Source of the DNA: Trichodesmium erythraeum IMS101
GTDB lineage: Bacteria > Cyanobacteriota > Cyanobacteriia > Cyanobacteriales > Microcoleaceae
Assembly: GCF_000014265.1 (NCBI RefSeq)
Contig: NC_008312.1
Location: forward strand, 3,780,001 to 3,812,000
DNA: 32,000 bases
Direction: 5' to 3'
The position numbers and the translations under genes were made by a program. Positions within the stretch are counted from its first letter, which is position 1; each line of letters opens with the position of its first letter. Positions 1 to 9,626 of this stretch are shown one piece after another. The notes under the pieces were generated by a model that was not told the DNA's origin, did not search any database, and was given only the letters and a program-made list of their open reading frames with translations.

Positions 1-206
1 AATTTGAGGCCATAGTCAGCCCAAAATACTAGCTTTTTGCACCGAAAAACTGGCACTTTCCTTTTTGGCATCTACCTACTAAACTTTTTTTTCTACCCTC
101 TTCTTCATTAGTTAGAGTTTTGATATCTTTACCTATGGAGTTGCTTAGAAAAGCCCAATTTCTATGAATAATTTTCCGTTGGTACATTTTTTTGAACTGA
201 GTAGTA

Positions 207-385
207 AGACTTACACATTTTTTGGGGCAGAAAAATGCTTGAAAGTCACTGTAGACAAGGAAATTGCATCAAAAATCTAAAAGAGACTAGAACCCTTGGT
301 GATAAAGGAATCATACCTTTTTCAAGTAAAAGCCTCTGGTTATATATATTTGAGCCTATTTTTGACTGCTTTTTTGTGTAAGTCC
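207..385. repeat. MITE-like unit bounded by an inverted repeat (AGACTTACACA ... TGTGTAAGTCC)
   Basis: 207-217 and 375-385 are reverse complements at 10 of 11 positions and enclose ~157 nt with no ORF. The GGACTTAC/GTAAGTCC core recurs at 15810-15818, 30536-30545 and 30606-30615. Confidence 0.3.
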
Positions 386-470
386 TGGTGGTTAATTTTA
401 CTACTTGACAAGGCTAAAACCAAACCGTAATTTCCAAAGTCTTTGATTATGGTTTTGAATCTCACTTCAA

Positions 471-1574
471 CTATCTTAGCCAACTACCAAACTCCGTAAT
501 AAACCTATCTTTCAAAATAGCATCCCGAATACGTTGGGTAAAACTAATCAATTCTGTAACATTATGCAAAGACAAAAGAGTATAACCCAAAGCTTCCTTT
601 GCTCTAACCAAATGACTCAGATAAGCTCGACTAAAATTTTGACAACAATAACAAGGACAAAACTCATCAAGTGGTCTAAAATCTTCCTTAAACCTAGCAT
701 TCTTCAAATTCCACCTCTCACCCCTCACTAATGCTGCCCCATGTCGCCCCAAACGAGTAGGAATCACACAATCAAATAAATCTATACCCTCAGCGATCGC
801 CCGTACCATTTCCCTATAAGTGCCAACTCCCATCAAATAACGAGGCTTATCCTCTGGCAAGAAAGGAGTTGTCACCTTCACAATATGATCTATTAACTCG
901 CCTGGTTCTCCTACACTTACCCCACCAATAGCATAACCAGGCAGATCCAAATCTACCAACTGCCTTGCTGCTATAGAACGAAGTTCAGGATAAACACCAC
1001 CTTGAACAATACCAAACAAAGCTTGATCCTGACGTTGATGAGCCTCTATGCAACGCTGCAACCATCGATAAGTGCGATTTGTTGCCAACTCCACCTCTTC
1101 CCAACTCGCTGGATAAGGTGGACACTCATCAAAAGCCATAATTACATCCCCTCCCAATTCATTCTGAATTTGGATCGAGCGTTCTGGAGTTAAATCAATC
1201 ATGCTACCATCATGAGGAGAGCGAAACTTAACTCCTGCTTCGCTAATAGTTCGGATATCTCCTAAGCTAAATACCTGAAATCCTCCAGAGTCAGTTAATA
1301 TTGGCCTATTCCAAGCCATAAATTTATGTAACCCACCAGCACCAGCAACAATACTTTCTCCTGGTTGTAAGTGAAGATGATAAGTATTTGCCAAGATCAT
1401 CTGCGCACCTGCCGCCTCTAACTGAGCAGGTGTGAGAGTTTTTACATTTGCCAAGGTTCCCACAGGCATAAATCTAGGTGTATTTATACTCCCATGAGGA
1501 GTTATAAAAATACCTGCACGAGCTTTTGTATAGCTACAACGAGCCTGAGAATTAAAGGAAAAGTTTTGGGACAT
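471..1574 (-). CDS. tgt: queuine tRNA-ribosyltransferase (tRNA-guanine transglycosylase)
   Basis: Carries [37 protein letters not shown] and the zinc site CPCYCC...H. The ORF track starts at GTG 1613. ATG at 1574 (MSQNFSF...) matches the usual Tgt N-terminus better. Confidence 0.93.
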   Translation of the reverse strand: MSQNFSFNSQARCSYTKARAGIFITPHGSINTPRFMPVGTLANVKTLTPAQLEAAGAQMILANTYHLHLQPGESIVAGAGGLHKFMAWNRPILTDSGGFQVFSLGDIRTISEAGVKFRSPHDGSMIDLTPERSIQIQNELGGDVIMAFDECPPYPASWEEVELATNRTYRWLQRCIEAHQRQDQALFGIVQGGVYPELRSIAARQLVDLDLPGYAIGGVSVGEPGELIDHIVKVTTPFLPEDKPRYLMGVGTYREMVRAIAEGIDLFDCVIPTRLGRHGAALVRGERWNLKNARFKEDFRPLDEFCPCYCCQNFSRAYLSHLVRAKEALGYTLLSLHNVTELISFTQRIRDAILKDRFITEFGSWLR

Positions 1575-1846
1575 AAGATCGATCTTAGATTTTAGTAAGC
1601 GAGAAAATTTCACCTATTTTCTCTAGAATGAGAAATTTAGTCAGAGCCAAAATTTGATTTTAACTTCGCGCCTTCACGCCTTCAACCCTTTGTACCTTTG
1701 CTCCTTCTGATTTTAATCTTACTTCACCAGGGCGCTTCAGATATTCTTACCTCTCTTAAATTTACAATAGCAAGAATTTAACTTCGCGCTTTCGCCCCTT
1801 CTTAGTTCAATAAACATCTCCTATCCCTTATATTTTTCCTTTCTCC

Positions 1847-2293
1847 TTAAAATGGGCAATCATCATCTAACTCTAGATCCCAGTTAGATGACAAGACTTG
1901 ATCCATTACTGCATCAAAAGCTGCAGCATTAATGTTTCTGCTATTTTCTTCTTGCAAGGGGTTTGATAGCGGAATTAGCCTTAACTGACGTCCTTCATTA
2001 AAAAAATTAAAATAAGTTTCTTGACATGGGGACCTCCTCAGTTCTAGGTAGTCAAAACTAAATACATTCAAATATATTGAGTGATTTGCAATTAAAGTTG
2101 ACCGTTGATGATCGGCAAATACTTCTAGTATATATCCTTCTCCTTGGCTTTGAATTTGGCCATCTTGAGTATGGATGTACTTAACTCTGCCTAAATCTAT
2201 TAATAGTCTTTGCATATCACGTTTGTTGACAATAATGCCATTGTCAATTATGCAAGGTGCAGATACCTTGTGGTCAAAATTGTTGGAACTCAT
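1847..2293 (-). CDS. hypothetical protein (148 aa)
   Basis: Long open frame in AT-rich DNA with non-repetitive, protein-like composition. No family recognised. Confidence 0.55.
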   Translation of the reverse strand: MSSNNFDHKVSAPCIIDNGIIVNKRDMQRLLIDLGRVKYIHTQDGQIQSQGEGYILEVFADHQRSTLIANHSIYLNVFSFDYLELRRSPCQETYFNFFNEGRQLRLIPLSNPLQEENSRNINAAAFDAVMDQVLSSNWDLELDDDCPF

Positions 2294-2694
2294 ATAGCAA
2301 AAGCCTCTAATTTAGTAGACAGTTATCAGAACAATTTTTTTATTCTCAGTTGTAAGATATTGCTATTCCTGTTCCAATTTTGGCACAGTTTCTCTGAATA
2401 TGAATCAATAACAAGCACTACGAATTGAGTTTAAAACATTGCTAAATCCCGAAACCTAGTCAGAGATTACTTTTAACTTTTAACTTTTGAGTTTGGCTAT
2501 ATATCCTTTAGTATCATTCTTCAAATTTTTGCACAGATTATAAATTTAATGTTAACAATTAGCCAAATATTCTTTACTATAGAAAATTTATTTTGTCAAC
2601 TTAAGATCATGTTTGGATAATTAGTTATAGATCAAATATCTGGCCACAAATTAATGGATTAGTGAGCAAGGTGTTATCAATTTAATTTTTAAAT

Positions 2695-2721
2695 CTGACA
2701 CCTGACACTTGACACCTGAAC
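2695..2721. repeat. heptanucleotide tandem repeat (CTGACAC-like, about 3.8 copies), STRR-like
   Basis: Read directly as ctgacac ctgacac ttgacac ctgaac. It resembles the short tandem heptamer repeats of filamentous cyanobacteria. Confidence 0.6.
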
Positions 2722-2981
2722 CATTAATCAACAACTAATTCTATTTTTACCTAACATTAGCTATTAAATATAATTATAACATATGTTAAAAAAAAATACA
2801 ATTAAAAAGTCCTACGGCTATAGGCGAGGCTTTAAACCAAATTTTTGAGTAAAATAGTATAAAACTTGTCAAAACTGATTTGGTTGATCGGTTTTCCCGC
2901 TATGAGGCTCCCTTATAGAAGAGGGCGAGTCTTCAACCAACTTCAGGATCATAAATCATAAATTTGCGACGGTAAATATTG

Positions 2982-3746
2982 ATGCAACTAATTAGAGAAA
3001 CTCTTGCCAAGTTCATGGCTGGAATTGCTTTTTACACCTGTTTACCAATTCCCCATGATTGGAATTTAGATTTTCACGGTATTGCTCGTTTAGCTCCATT
3101 GATCGGATTGATACTTGGAGGTATTCAAGGTTTAGTAGATATAGGATTACATTCTTTAGGAATGCCTGTACTCACTAGATCAACTGTAGTGATTATATCT
3201 GGAATTGCTTTAACTGGCGGTTTACATTTGGATGGGGTAATGGATGCTGCTGATGGGTTAGCGGTACCAGAAAAAAAACGAAGACTCGAAGTAATGACAG
3301 ATAGCGCTACAGGAGCTTTTGGTGCAATGGCAGCGATCGCTCTACTACTCATCAAAATTACAGCTTTAACAGATTTAGACAGCGATCGCCTTTTAATACT
3401 AATGGGAATAGCAGGTTGGGGGAGATGGGGTCAGTTAGTAGCGATCGCTTGTTACCCCTATCTTAAACCTACTGGAAAAGGAGCATTTCACAAAAAAGCA
3501 AAATATTCTATTTTGGATTTTTTACTAGGAATACTCTTATTACTGCTTATGAGTGGAATTCTTACTTTATTAGATCCTCAAAATTGGTTGGTAGCTTGTG
3601 GAATGGCAATAGGAGGAATAGCGATCGCTCTACTAACAGGTGCTTGGTTTAACCGTTATTTGGGCGGTCATACTGGCGACACTTACGGCGCTGTAGTTGA
3701 ATGGACAGAAGCATTATTACTATGCGTTGTAGTTACTTTAGAATAA
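2982..3746 (+). CDS. cobS: adenosylcobinamide-GDP ribazoletransferase (cobalamin synthase)
   Basis: Polytopic membrane protein with the CobS signatures GGLHLDGVMDAADG and GGHTGDTYGA. The ATG at 2982 follows the TTG at 2979 used by the ORF track. Confidence 0.9.
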   Translation: MQLIRETLAKFMAGIAFYTCLPIPHDWNLDFHGIARLAPLIGLILGGIQGLVDIGLHSLGMPVLTRSTVVIISGIALTGGLHLDGVMDAADGLAVPEKKRRLEVMTDSATGAFGAMAAIALLLIKITALTDLDSDRLLILMGIAGWGRWGQLVAIACYPYLKPTGKGAFHKKAKYSILDFLLGILLLLLMSGILTLLDPQNWLVACGMAIGGIAIALLTGAWFNRYLGGHTGDTYGAVVEWTEALLLCVVVTLE

Positions 3747-4197
3747 AGGATTGGGTTTTTGTGAAAAAATTTGAACAGAAAACTTACCCTAAACAAAACT
3801 ATCACAATTTGAAAAAAACTGCTCAGGTCGGAACCTCCTGTATTTTCAACCCATAAATTTAAAAATGTTTCTTCAACTCCTATAACTGTCCACAATGTTT
3901 TTCCAGCAATATTTGCTCATACACTCAATAAAAATACTTCACTCCTTAGATTCAAATACTTCACAGTTTAATCAGTGTGAATGCTATTTTCAATCATCTT
4001 CTTTTAAAGCTTATTCTATATTTAGTATTTTTCTTCTCAATTTATTCTTGAATTATTTTATCCTCTATATCCAACAACTCTATTAATATAAAATGATCAT
4101 TTCCTTCAAGCTTACAAACAAAATAGGCAGAATATTTAGAGGAATAGTTATCCTGTTTCTGCCATCTTAAAAAAGTCTAAATACTGAGCCCTAAGTG

Positions 4198-5514
4198 TTA
4201 ACTCTTAAATTCTATCCAAACTTTAATTCCCTCTACCCTTAGAGATTTATTGCGAGTACCACAATATTGACCATTTGAATAAACTGGCAAATCTCCCATA
4301 TTTTGCACATGAGCTGTGTAAAATACATCATAACTGCTAGCTTTATCACCTGTAAGCCGCATAGCAAATCCTTCTAGTCGACGAGCTTTTCCACGTTCTC
4401 CAGCTAATTTTCCAGCTTCTAACCAAGGAGTATCGCCAACTCCACCGATATTAGCCATATATTCCAAATTTAATCCAGCAATAGGAGGCTCTATATTAAC
4501 TTGAAAAGCTTCCACACGGAAACTTTGACCGCGAGTACCTGCATATTCTCTAGCAGCAAATGAGCGATCGCCCAGATTTTGTATATGAACTATAACTTTT
4601 AATCCTACAGACACTCCTATTGGTCTTTGAGTTTTAGAAGAATTTTGAGGCATTTCTACACCAGGAACAATAATAAGTTCCTCTAGAGATTTTGCTGATG
4701 TAGAATCTTCTAAAATCATTATATCTGGATCATCAATAAGTGTTTGATTAGATTCACCACCACCAGATGGTACAACTATTAAAGGCGATAAATTTTTAGT
4801 AGTTGGCTTTTGTAAAGCAGTTGGTTGACTACCAAGATTTTCATCTCGCTCTAATTCTTCCAGTGTAGGTAATATGATTCTAGATTTTTTGCCTAAGGGG
4901 GCATTAGAAATTGTCAGTTTTCCTCTTGATATTGCTAAGGTTAGTTTTTTGTCAAAAGCTGCGTTAACTTTTTCCTCCCATTCTAACCACTCTTCGTCAT
5001 CTAAATTTTTCCCCTGTTTCACAAGTTTTAATACTCCTGAAAGTGGGTGTCTATTTTCTATTAAAGCTTGAGCATCATCAGATAATTTTTCAGATTTTGT
5101 CTGAGAAATTGTTTGATATAATTCCTGAGCTTGTGCTTTAACTAATTCTAAAGGAGGAAATTCTGGTTGTTCTTCGTGAGCGATCGCCAAAATTTGATGA
5201 AGAATATCTAAAGCTGGTTGATTTATTGATAATTCTGCAGTTTCTATAACTGTTTTAATTAAGTGTTCTAACTCTGTCAAAGAAGATATTACCCCAGTAG
5301 AAACTTGAGATTTTTGTGCCAATTTTAGTCCCTGGTCTTTCAGGTCCGTAAAATTTTTACTGTAGTCCATCAGTTCTTCCAGTAAACTTTCTAAAGGAGG
5401 AGTACCTCTATTTTGTAGTTCTTTAGCTGCTAGGGAGAGGCGAATACCTAAATTAGAAAAATTTTTTGATAAGGACTCTAGTTTAGGTAATAAGTTATGG
5501 TCAGTTATTTCCAT
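4198..5514 (-). CDS. hypothetical protein with a helical N-terminal half and three C-terminal ChW-like repeats
   Basis: 438-aa ORF. The C-terminus holds three ~40-aa repeats: VIVHIQNLGD..YAGTRGQSFRVEAFQVNI, LEYMANIGGVGDTPWLEAGKLAGERGKARRLEGFAMRL and VFYTAHVQNMGDLPVYSNGQYCGTRNKSLRVEGIKVWI. They match my recollection of the clostridial hydrophobic-W (ChW) consensus (ahvqn.GW..wv.nG..aGttG...r.Eai.i.l). Confidence 0.7.
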   Translation of the reverse strand: MEITDHNLLPKLESLSKNFSNLGIRLSLAAKELQNRGTPPLESLLEELMDYSKNFTDLKDQGLKLAQKSQVSTGVISSLTELEHLIKTVIETAELSINQPALDILHQILAIAHEEQPEFPPLELVKAQAQELYQTISQTKSEKLSDDAQALIENRHPLSGVLKLVKQGKNLDDEEWLEWEEKVNAAFDKKLTLAISRGKLTISNAPLGKKSRIILPTLEELERDENLGSQPTALQKPTTKNLSPLIVVPSGGGESNQTLIDDPDIMILEDSTSAKSLEELIIVPGVEMPQNSSKTQRPIGVSVGLKVIVHIQNLGDRSFAAREYAGTRGQSFRVEAFQVNIEPPIAGLNLEYMANIGGVGDTPWLEAGKLAGERGKARRLEGFAMRLTGDKASSYDVFYTAHVQNMGDLPVYSNGQYCGTRNKSLRVEGIKVWIEFKS

Positions 5515-5862
5515 GGGTTTTTTAAAGTCAAATTATACAGTGACAATTTTACCGAAAAATGGGGCTTAAAGTCTTGTAAATAAGCAGACCACTTTATATT
5601 ATTGTCTAGATCATAAAAGCAAAAAAACCTTTAACCCATCTAAAAAACTACCTATCTAGACCATAAACACACCTTAAAAACAGAGTTATAGTCTAATAGT
5701 TTTAGTTTGTGCATAGAAAAACTTTAAGCAACAAATGCCAGAAAACCATTTTTTTTGTTTGAAGTGTATTGTAGAGCTCATAGAAATAATCCTACAAGAA
5801 AAATAATTTAAGTATTGCCAATTTGAGACTAAAAATGCTACAGTTAATCATAACCTTACTAA

Positions 5863-5935
5863 GGGCGCGTAGCTCAGTGGATAGAGCACCAGATTCCGGT
5901 TCTGGGTGTCGGGGGTTCAAATCCCTCCGTGCTCG
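5863..5935 (+). tRNA. tRNA-Arg, anticodon CCG
   Basis: 73-nt cloverleaf folded by hand. Acceptor GGGCGCG/CGTGCTC, D arm GCTC-AGTGGATA-GAGC, anticodon arm CCAGA-TTCCGGT-TCTGG (CCG at positions 34-36), T arm GGGGG-TTCAAAT-CCCTC, discriminator G. CCA is not encoded. Confidence 0.95.
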
Positions 5936-6682
5936 TTTTCTCAGATCATTTTTGTAATATAACTTACCAGGGCAAACTTAGAAACACTATTTTTTCCAGT
6001 GCCCTTCCAGTGCCTTTGTTAAAAACAAAGATTTATCTATTCTAGAAACAAGTCATATAAATCCGTAAATTCTAGTTATCTAATAGATATTTCCCAAAAT
6101 GCCAATTTTTATAAAGGTTGAGTAAAGGTTTGAGAATCTTTTGTGGAAGTATATCATGATTATCTCAAGATTTTACTAAACTTAGCTAAACTGACTGACA
6201 CCTAATTGGATAGACTTTCGATTCTGCCTCAGTACTTCAAAAATTACTACTTACCGTAGTATAAAACTTCTCTTTAAGATTAGGCTTGAAATTAATTTAA
6301 ACTTAAACTGAAGCTTGTATATAATTTTCAGATTTAATAGCAGCGCTTACCTTCTGATGCTCAACAAACAAGTATCTGTAAGCTGTAAAACCACAGACAC
6401 TAAATTCCTAGCTAGTTTGGTGTACAAGTAATGATTTTTTGCAGTTAGACTCCTGAGAATGAAAAGAGTTTACTTATAAACATTACTACATTTACAAGCT
6501 ACCCATTCCTAGACCAAATCTTCCTAACTCAGAAAATCTAGATAACTTTTTTAGAAGAAAAAGAATGGCGTTGCATAATCTAATATAAATAATATAAATT
6601 ATAAATATTCATCCCCTTTCACTGGTTATCATTATTCCTCGTAACTACTAGAACTACTTCTTACTCCCCAACCCCCAAAGAA

Positions 6683-7084
6683 CTAATTACCACCAAAAGT
6701 AGGCGTTGACTCAGAGGGAGGAGCTGTTAGTACAGATTGATTATAGGGATTAATTATATCTGGAGTTCGAATAACTGGGGTACTAGAAAATTGTCGTCTT
6801 TGTTCATCTATATATAATTGGTTAATTCGAGTATCATCACTCTCAATAGCTTGCTCTGGATACTTAGGAATACCAAAATAACGACCTATCTGATGCAATA
6901 GGTTTCTTTTTCTAAAAAAGTTACCAGAACGTCTTTGAGTTGCTCGATTAAACTGTTCTGCAAAAGGTTGATATGTACCAGCAGTATCTTCTAGATGTTC
7001 TCCTTGAGCAACCTGGATAGATGTTAGGTTCGCGATCGCACAAAAAATAATAGTGCCACTGAAACTTTTCCAATTTATGGCCAT
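6683..7084 (-). CDS. hypothetical secreted protein (133 aa)
   Basis: N-terminal signal-like segment (SGTIIFCAIANLTSIQVAQG). The ...IRTPDIINPYN... region resembles a conserved cyanobacterial family of unknown function, from recollection only. Confidence 0.55.
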   Translation of the reverse strand: MAINWKSFSGTIIFCAIANLTSIQVAQGEHLEDTAGTYQPFAEQFNRATQRRSGNFFRKRNLLHQIGRYFGIPKYPEQAIESDDTRINQLYIDEQRRQFSSTPVIRTPDIINPYNQSVLTAPPSESTPTFGGN

Positions 7085-7379
7085 AAACTCTAATTACGAC
7101 ATAGATTATTGCTAAATTGTTGATATTATAGCAGGGAGATTCTCAAGAAAAAGTTTATCGTTAGTATTTTGGGAAATAGGGAATAGAGATTAGATTAGTA
7201 TTAAATTGTACCTAACTATCCTTAATCAGTTAGCTACTCACTTTTTTTTAGAGCATTTAAATACCACAGAGCATTTTTCACTCTATAACTACAGCAAAAA
7301 GCCTCCCCCAAAAAAAAAGGTGGAAAGCTTTAAACCAAATTGTTCGGTAAGTTTTTTTTACTAGCAGACACTGCCCATC

Positions 7380-8000
7380 TGTTCTTTTGTTATTTTAATA
7401 TAACCGTTATTTCTTTCCTTATGCCTAGATATTTACCGATTCTATTGCTCCAATCGTTCCAATCATCCTCATAATGGGATTTATTGCCTTTTATTTTGAC
7501 ATGGCTTATAATACCTAAATCTAAGTGTAGGCTTAGTATAATTCTTTATTCTTTGTCATTTAATACCTAGTTTCGGGTGTTTGTGACAGAATAAAAATAC
7601 TTCTCTTTCACCCATTTTGCTGACTAAGGTACAAAAGTAGTTAGCCCATCCTCTTATTATCACGTTTAATTTAGCTATTCAAGCCTTTACTGGGGTAGTT
7701 TTATATCCATTACATACTTCTGCAATTTTTCCGATAGTGAGTTTTTATACTCTCAGTGGATGATTTTATCTGTATCTTAAATCCTTATTTAGTTGACTTA
7801 ACTTTTCATTTCCTGATAGTGAATATTAAGAAATCAAACCCGAGTTTATTTCCTTCATGTACTTCAATTGGTGTGGGCAACTTTAGTTTTTTCTGGTTTT
7901 AGTTCTAAATCCTACCTGGGCTAACCATTTATGTATTAGGGCTTTTGCTTGTAGCACTACTTCGTCCACTTGTCAGTCTCTTTTAACAGTCTCACTCATT
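7380..8000 (-). pseudogene. decayed group II intron reverse transcriptase/maturase fragment
   Basis: Hand translation of the minus strand, broken by stops and frameshifts. It gives ..KALIHKWLAQVGFRTKTRKN*.., ..AKLNVIIRGWANYFCTLVSK.. (domain X hallmark RGWANY), and ..NKSHYEDDWNDWSNRIGK.. (compare the KGNKSPYDGDW..W motif). Confidence 0.6.
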
Positions 8001-8234
8001 TGGTAGTTAGAGCTTTGACCCCATTTAGACCAGCTTTGAAGATTGATATTCAGTCTCTACCCCGTGGCATGCTAAGCTGTCAACCTAACAATAAGGCAAT
8101 AGAAATTGCAGCTATAAGGTAATAAGAATTATTCACAAGTCGAGGTTGTCCTCATATATTGACTTGGAACAGCCATTTATATCCTAATTAAAGGCTTAGT
8201 GGCCAACAGGTTATACTTAAATGTTGCACTTGAT

Positions 8235-8861
8235 ATGACAAACCAAATTAAATCTCTAAATTCATCATCTTTGGCTACTACTGATATAACAACTATTAGA
8301 CAACAATTACTTGATCTTTTAAGTACATTAGCTTATCGTGAGGGAGACTTTATATTATCCTCTGGGCAAAGTAGCTCCTATTATATAAATGGTAAGTACG
8401 TTACTCTTCATCCCCTAGGAGCTCTGATAATTGGCAGATTAATCTTGTCTATGTTACCTGAAGATACTCAAGGAGTAGCTGGTTTAACATTAGGTGCTGA
8501 TCCAATTGTCACTGCTGTTAGTGTGGTATCTGCTTATGAAAATCGTCCTATACCAGCTTTAATTATCCGCAAACAAGCTAAAGGACATGGTACAATGTCT
8601 TACATTGAAGGGCCAAGATTAGATGATAATGCCAAAGTAGTTGTTTTAGAAGATGTCGTGACAACTGGAGCATCAGCAATGATGGCAGTTCATCGACTGC
8701 GAGAGGCAGGTTATCAGGTTAATCATATTTTTTCTCTTGTTGATAGACAACAAGGTGCTCAAGAATTTTATCAAAAAGAAGGTATTTATTTTAAGTCAAT
8801 ATTTACTGTCTCAGAATTACAAGAAAATCTCAAAAATATTAATGATAAAAATGACGACTAA
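8235..8861 (+). CDS. pyrE: orotate phosphoribosyltransferase
   Basis: Carries GDFILSSGQSSSYYINGK and the PRPP-binding loop VVVLEDVVTTGAS. The ORF track starts at GTG 8199; ATG 8235 gives a more typical length. Confidence 0.9.
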   Translation: MTNQIKSLNSSSLATTDITTIRQQLLDLLSTLAYREGDFILSSGQSSSYYINGKYVTLHPLGALIIGRLILSMLPEDTQGVAGLTLGADPIVTAVSVVSAYENRPIPALIIRKQAKGHGTMSYIEGPRLDDNAKVVVLEDVVTTGASAMMAVHRLREAGYQVNHIFSLVDRQQGAQEFYQKEGIYFKSIFTVSELQENLKNINDKNDD

Positions 8862-9404
8862 AGCAGATTTGAAAAACTCATAATGCTAGTTTTTATGAGA
8901 GAAAATTAGTTGAGTTATGATAATTGATTGCTTATTTATTTTACATTTTTATTGAGAGAAATTTACTTACTAAAAAAAATGTGATTATTAAAACAATCAA
9001 CTTATTTACGGTTTATTAGCAGGTACTTAGAATTCAGAAGAAATAACCTCAATGAATAAGATATAAAATTCAGGAAATCTTGAATATTTTCTCAAAAATT
9101 TACTAAAAAAATCTAAGGCTGTTTTAGTGAAACCTTATCTTATACCAATGAATAAAAAACTTTCTTATGCTTGAATTTTATTTTTATAAATATTATTTGT
9201 AGATGAATTTTATTGTTAACTAAACTCTGTGATTTATCTGGTTATTTTTATTGCTTTTCTAGAGTCTAATTGCTAAGAAATAGCAAAAAACCTAAATTTA
9301 GTCAAAAAAGTTATAGTTCTAGAGTATATTAAAAAAGCTCTAGAACTAGATGAATTGATTGGATTAAATATGAGTGTATGAGAAACTAGACTTAGATTTA
9401 TCCA

Positions 9405-9626
9405 TTAATCTTCTCGCCATTCTTCTTTACCTATCAAGTCAGTAATGCGGTCTCTAGCAAGAAAATCATTTCTTTCTAATTCTGACTCAACTTCATCCCA
9501 ATCTCGATGATGAATGTACGAACGAAGAGTATCAATAGATTGATGACGACTAATAAGTTCTTTTCTTAATAATTCTTGGACTTCATCCTTAATAGCATCA
9601 AGGGAGTAGATAGTGGCTTGAACCAT
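9405..9626 (-). CDS. hypothetical small acidic protein (73 aa)
   Basis: Isolated ORF inside a long AT-rich spacer. Composition is protein-like, but there is no recognisable motif or ribosome-binding site. Confidence 0.35.
   Translation of the reverse strand: MVQATIYSLDAIKDEVQELLRKELISRHQSIDTLRSYIHHRDWDEVESELERNDFLARDRITDLIGKEEWRED

Noticed and set aside
1-200. Possible transposase fragment on the minus strand (MPKRKVPVFRCKKLVFWADYGLK..., running off the window edge)
   Set aside because: It is too short, has no diagnostic motif and is cut by the window edge. I cannot support a call.
534-1193. Plus-strand ORFs of 65 and 63 aa inside tgt, and similar short ORFs inside other genes (3125-3355, 4874-5071, 14004-14213, 17933-18127, 21359-21556, 22065-22250, 23437-23619, 29670-30090, 31761-31964)
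   Set aside because: All lie antisense to or out of frame with well-supported longer genes, and none shows a motif.
2829-2843. 15-nt exact match GCTTTAAACCAAATT shared with 7327-7341, next to the intron maturase relic, each preceded by a weak hairpin
   Set aside because: A single 15-mer match in AT-rich DNA, among roughly 2x10^9 possible position pairs, is about what chance predicts. The flanks align only weakly.
2860-2978. Possible cobalamin riboswitch upstream of cobS
   Set aside because: A nested hairpin exists: GGTTGA...TCAACC at 2882-2938, enclosing GGCTCCCT/AGGGCGAGTC. I find neither the B12-box nor the conserved GCCACTG core. It may be a leader hairpin, but it cannot be called a riboswitch from sequence alone.
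3683-4086. ORFs of 70 aa (minus strand) and 63 aa (plus strand) downstream of cobS
   Set aside because: Their translations are AT-rich and low in complexity, one overlaps the cobS 3' end, and there are no start signals.
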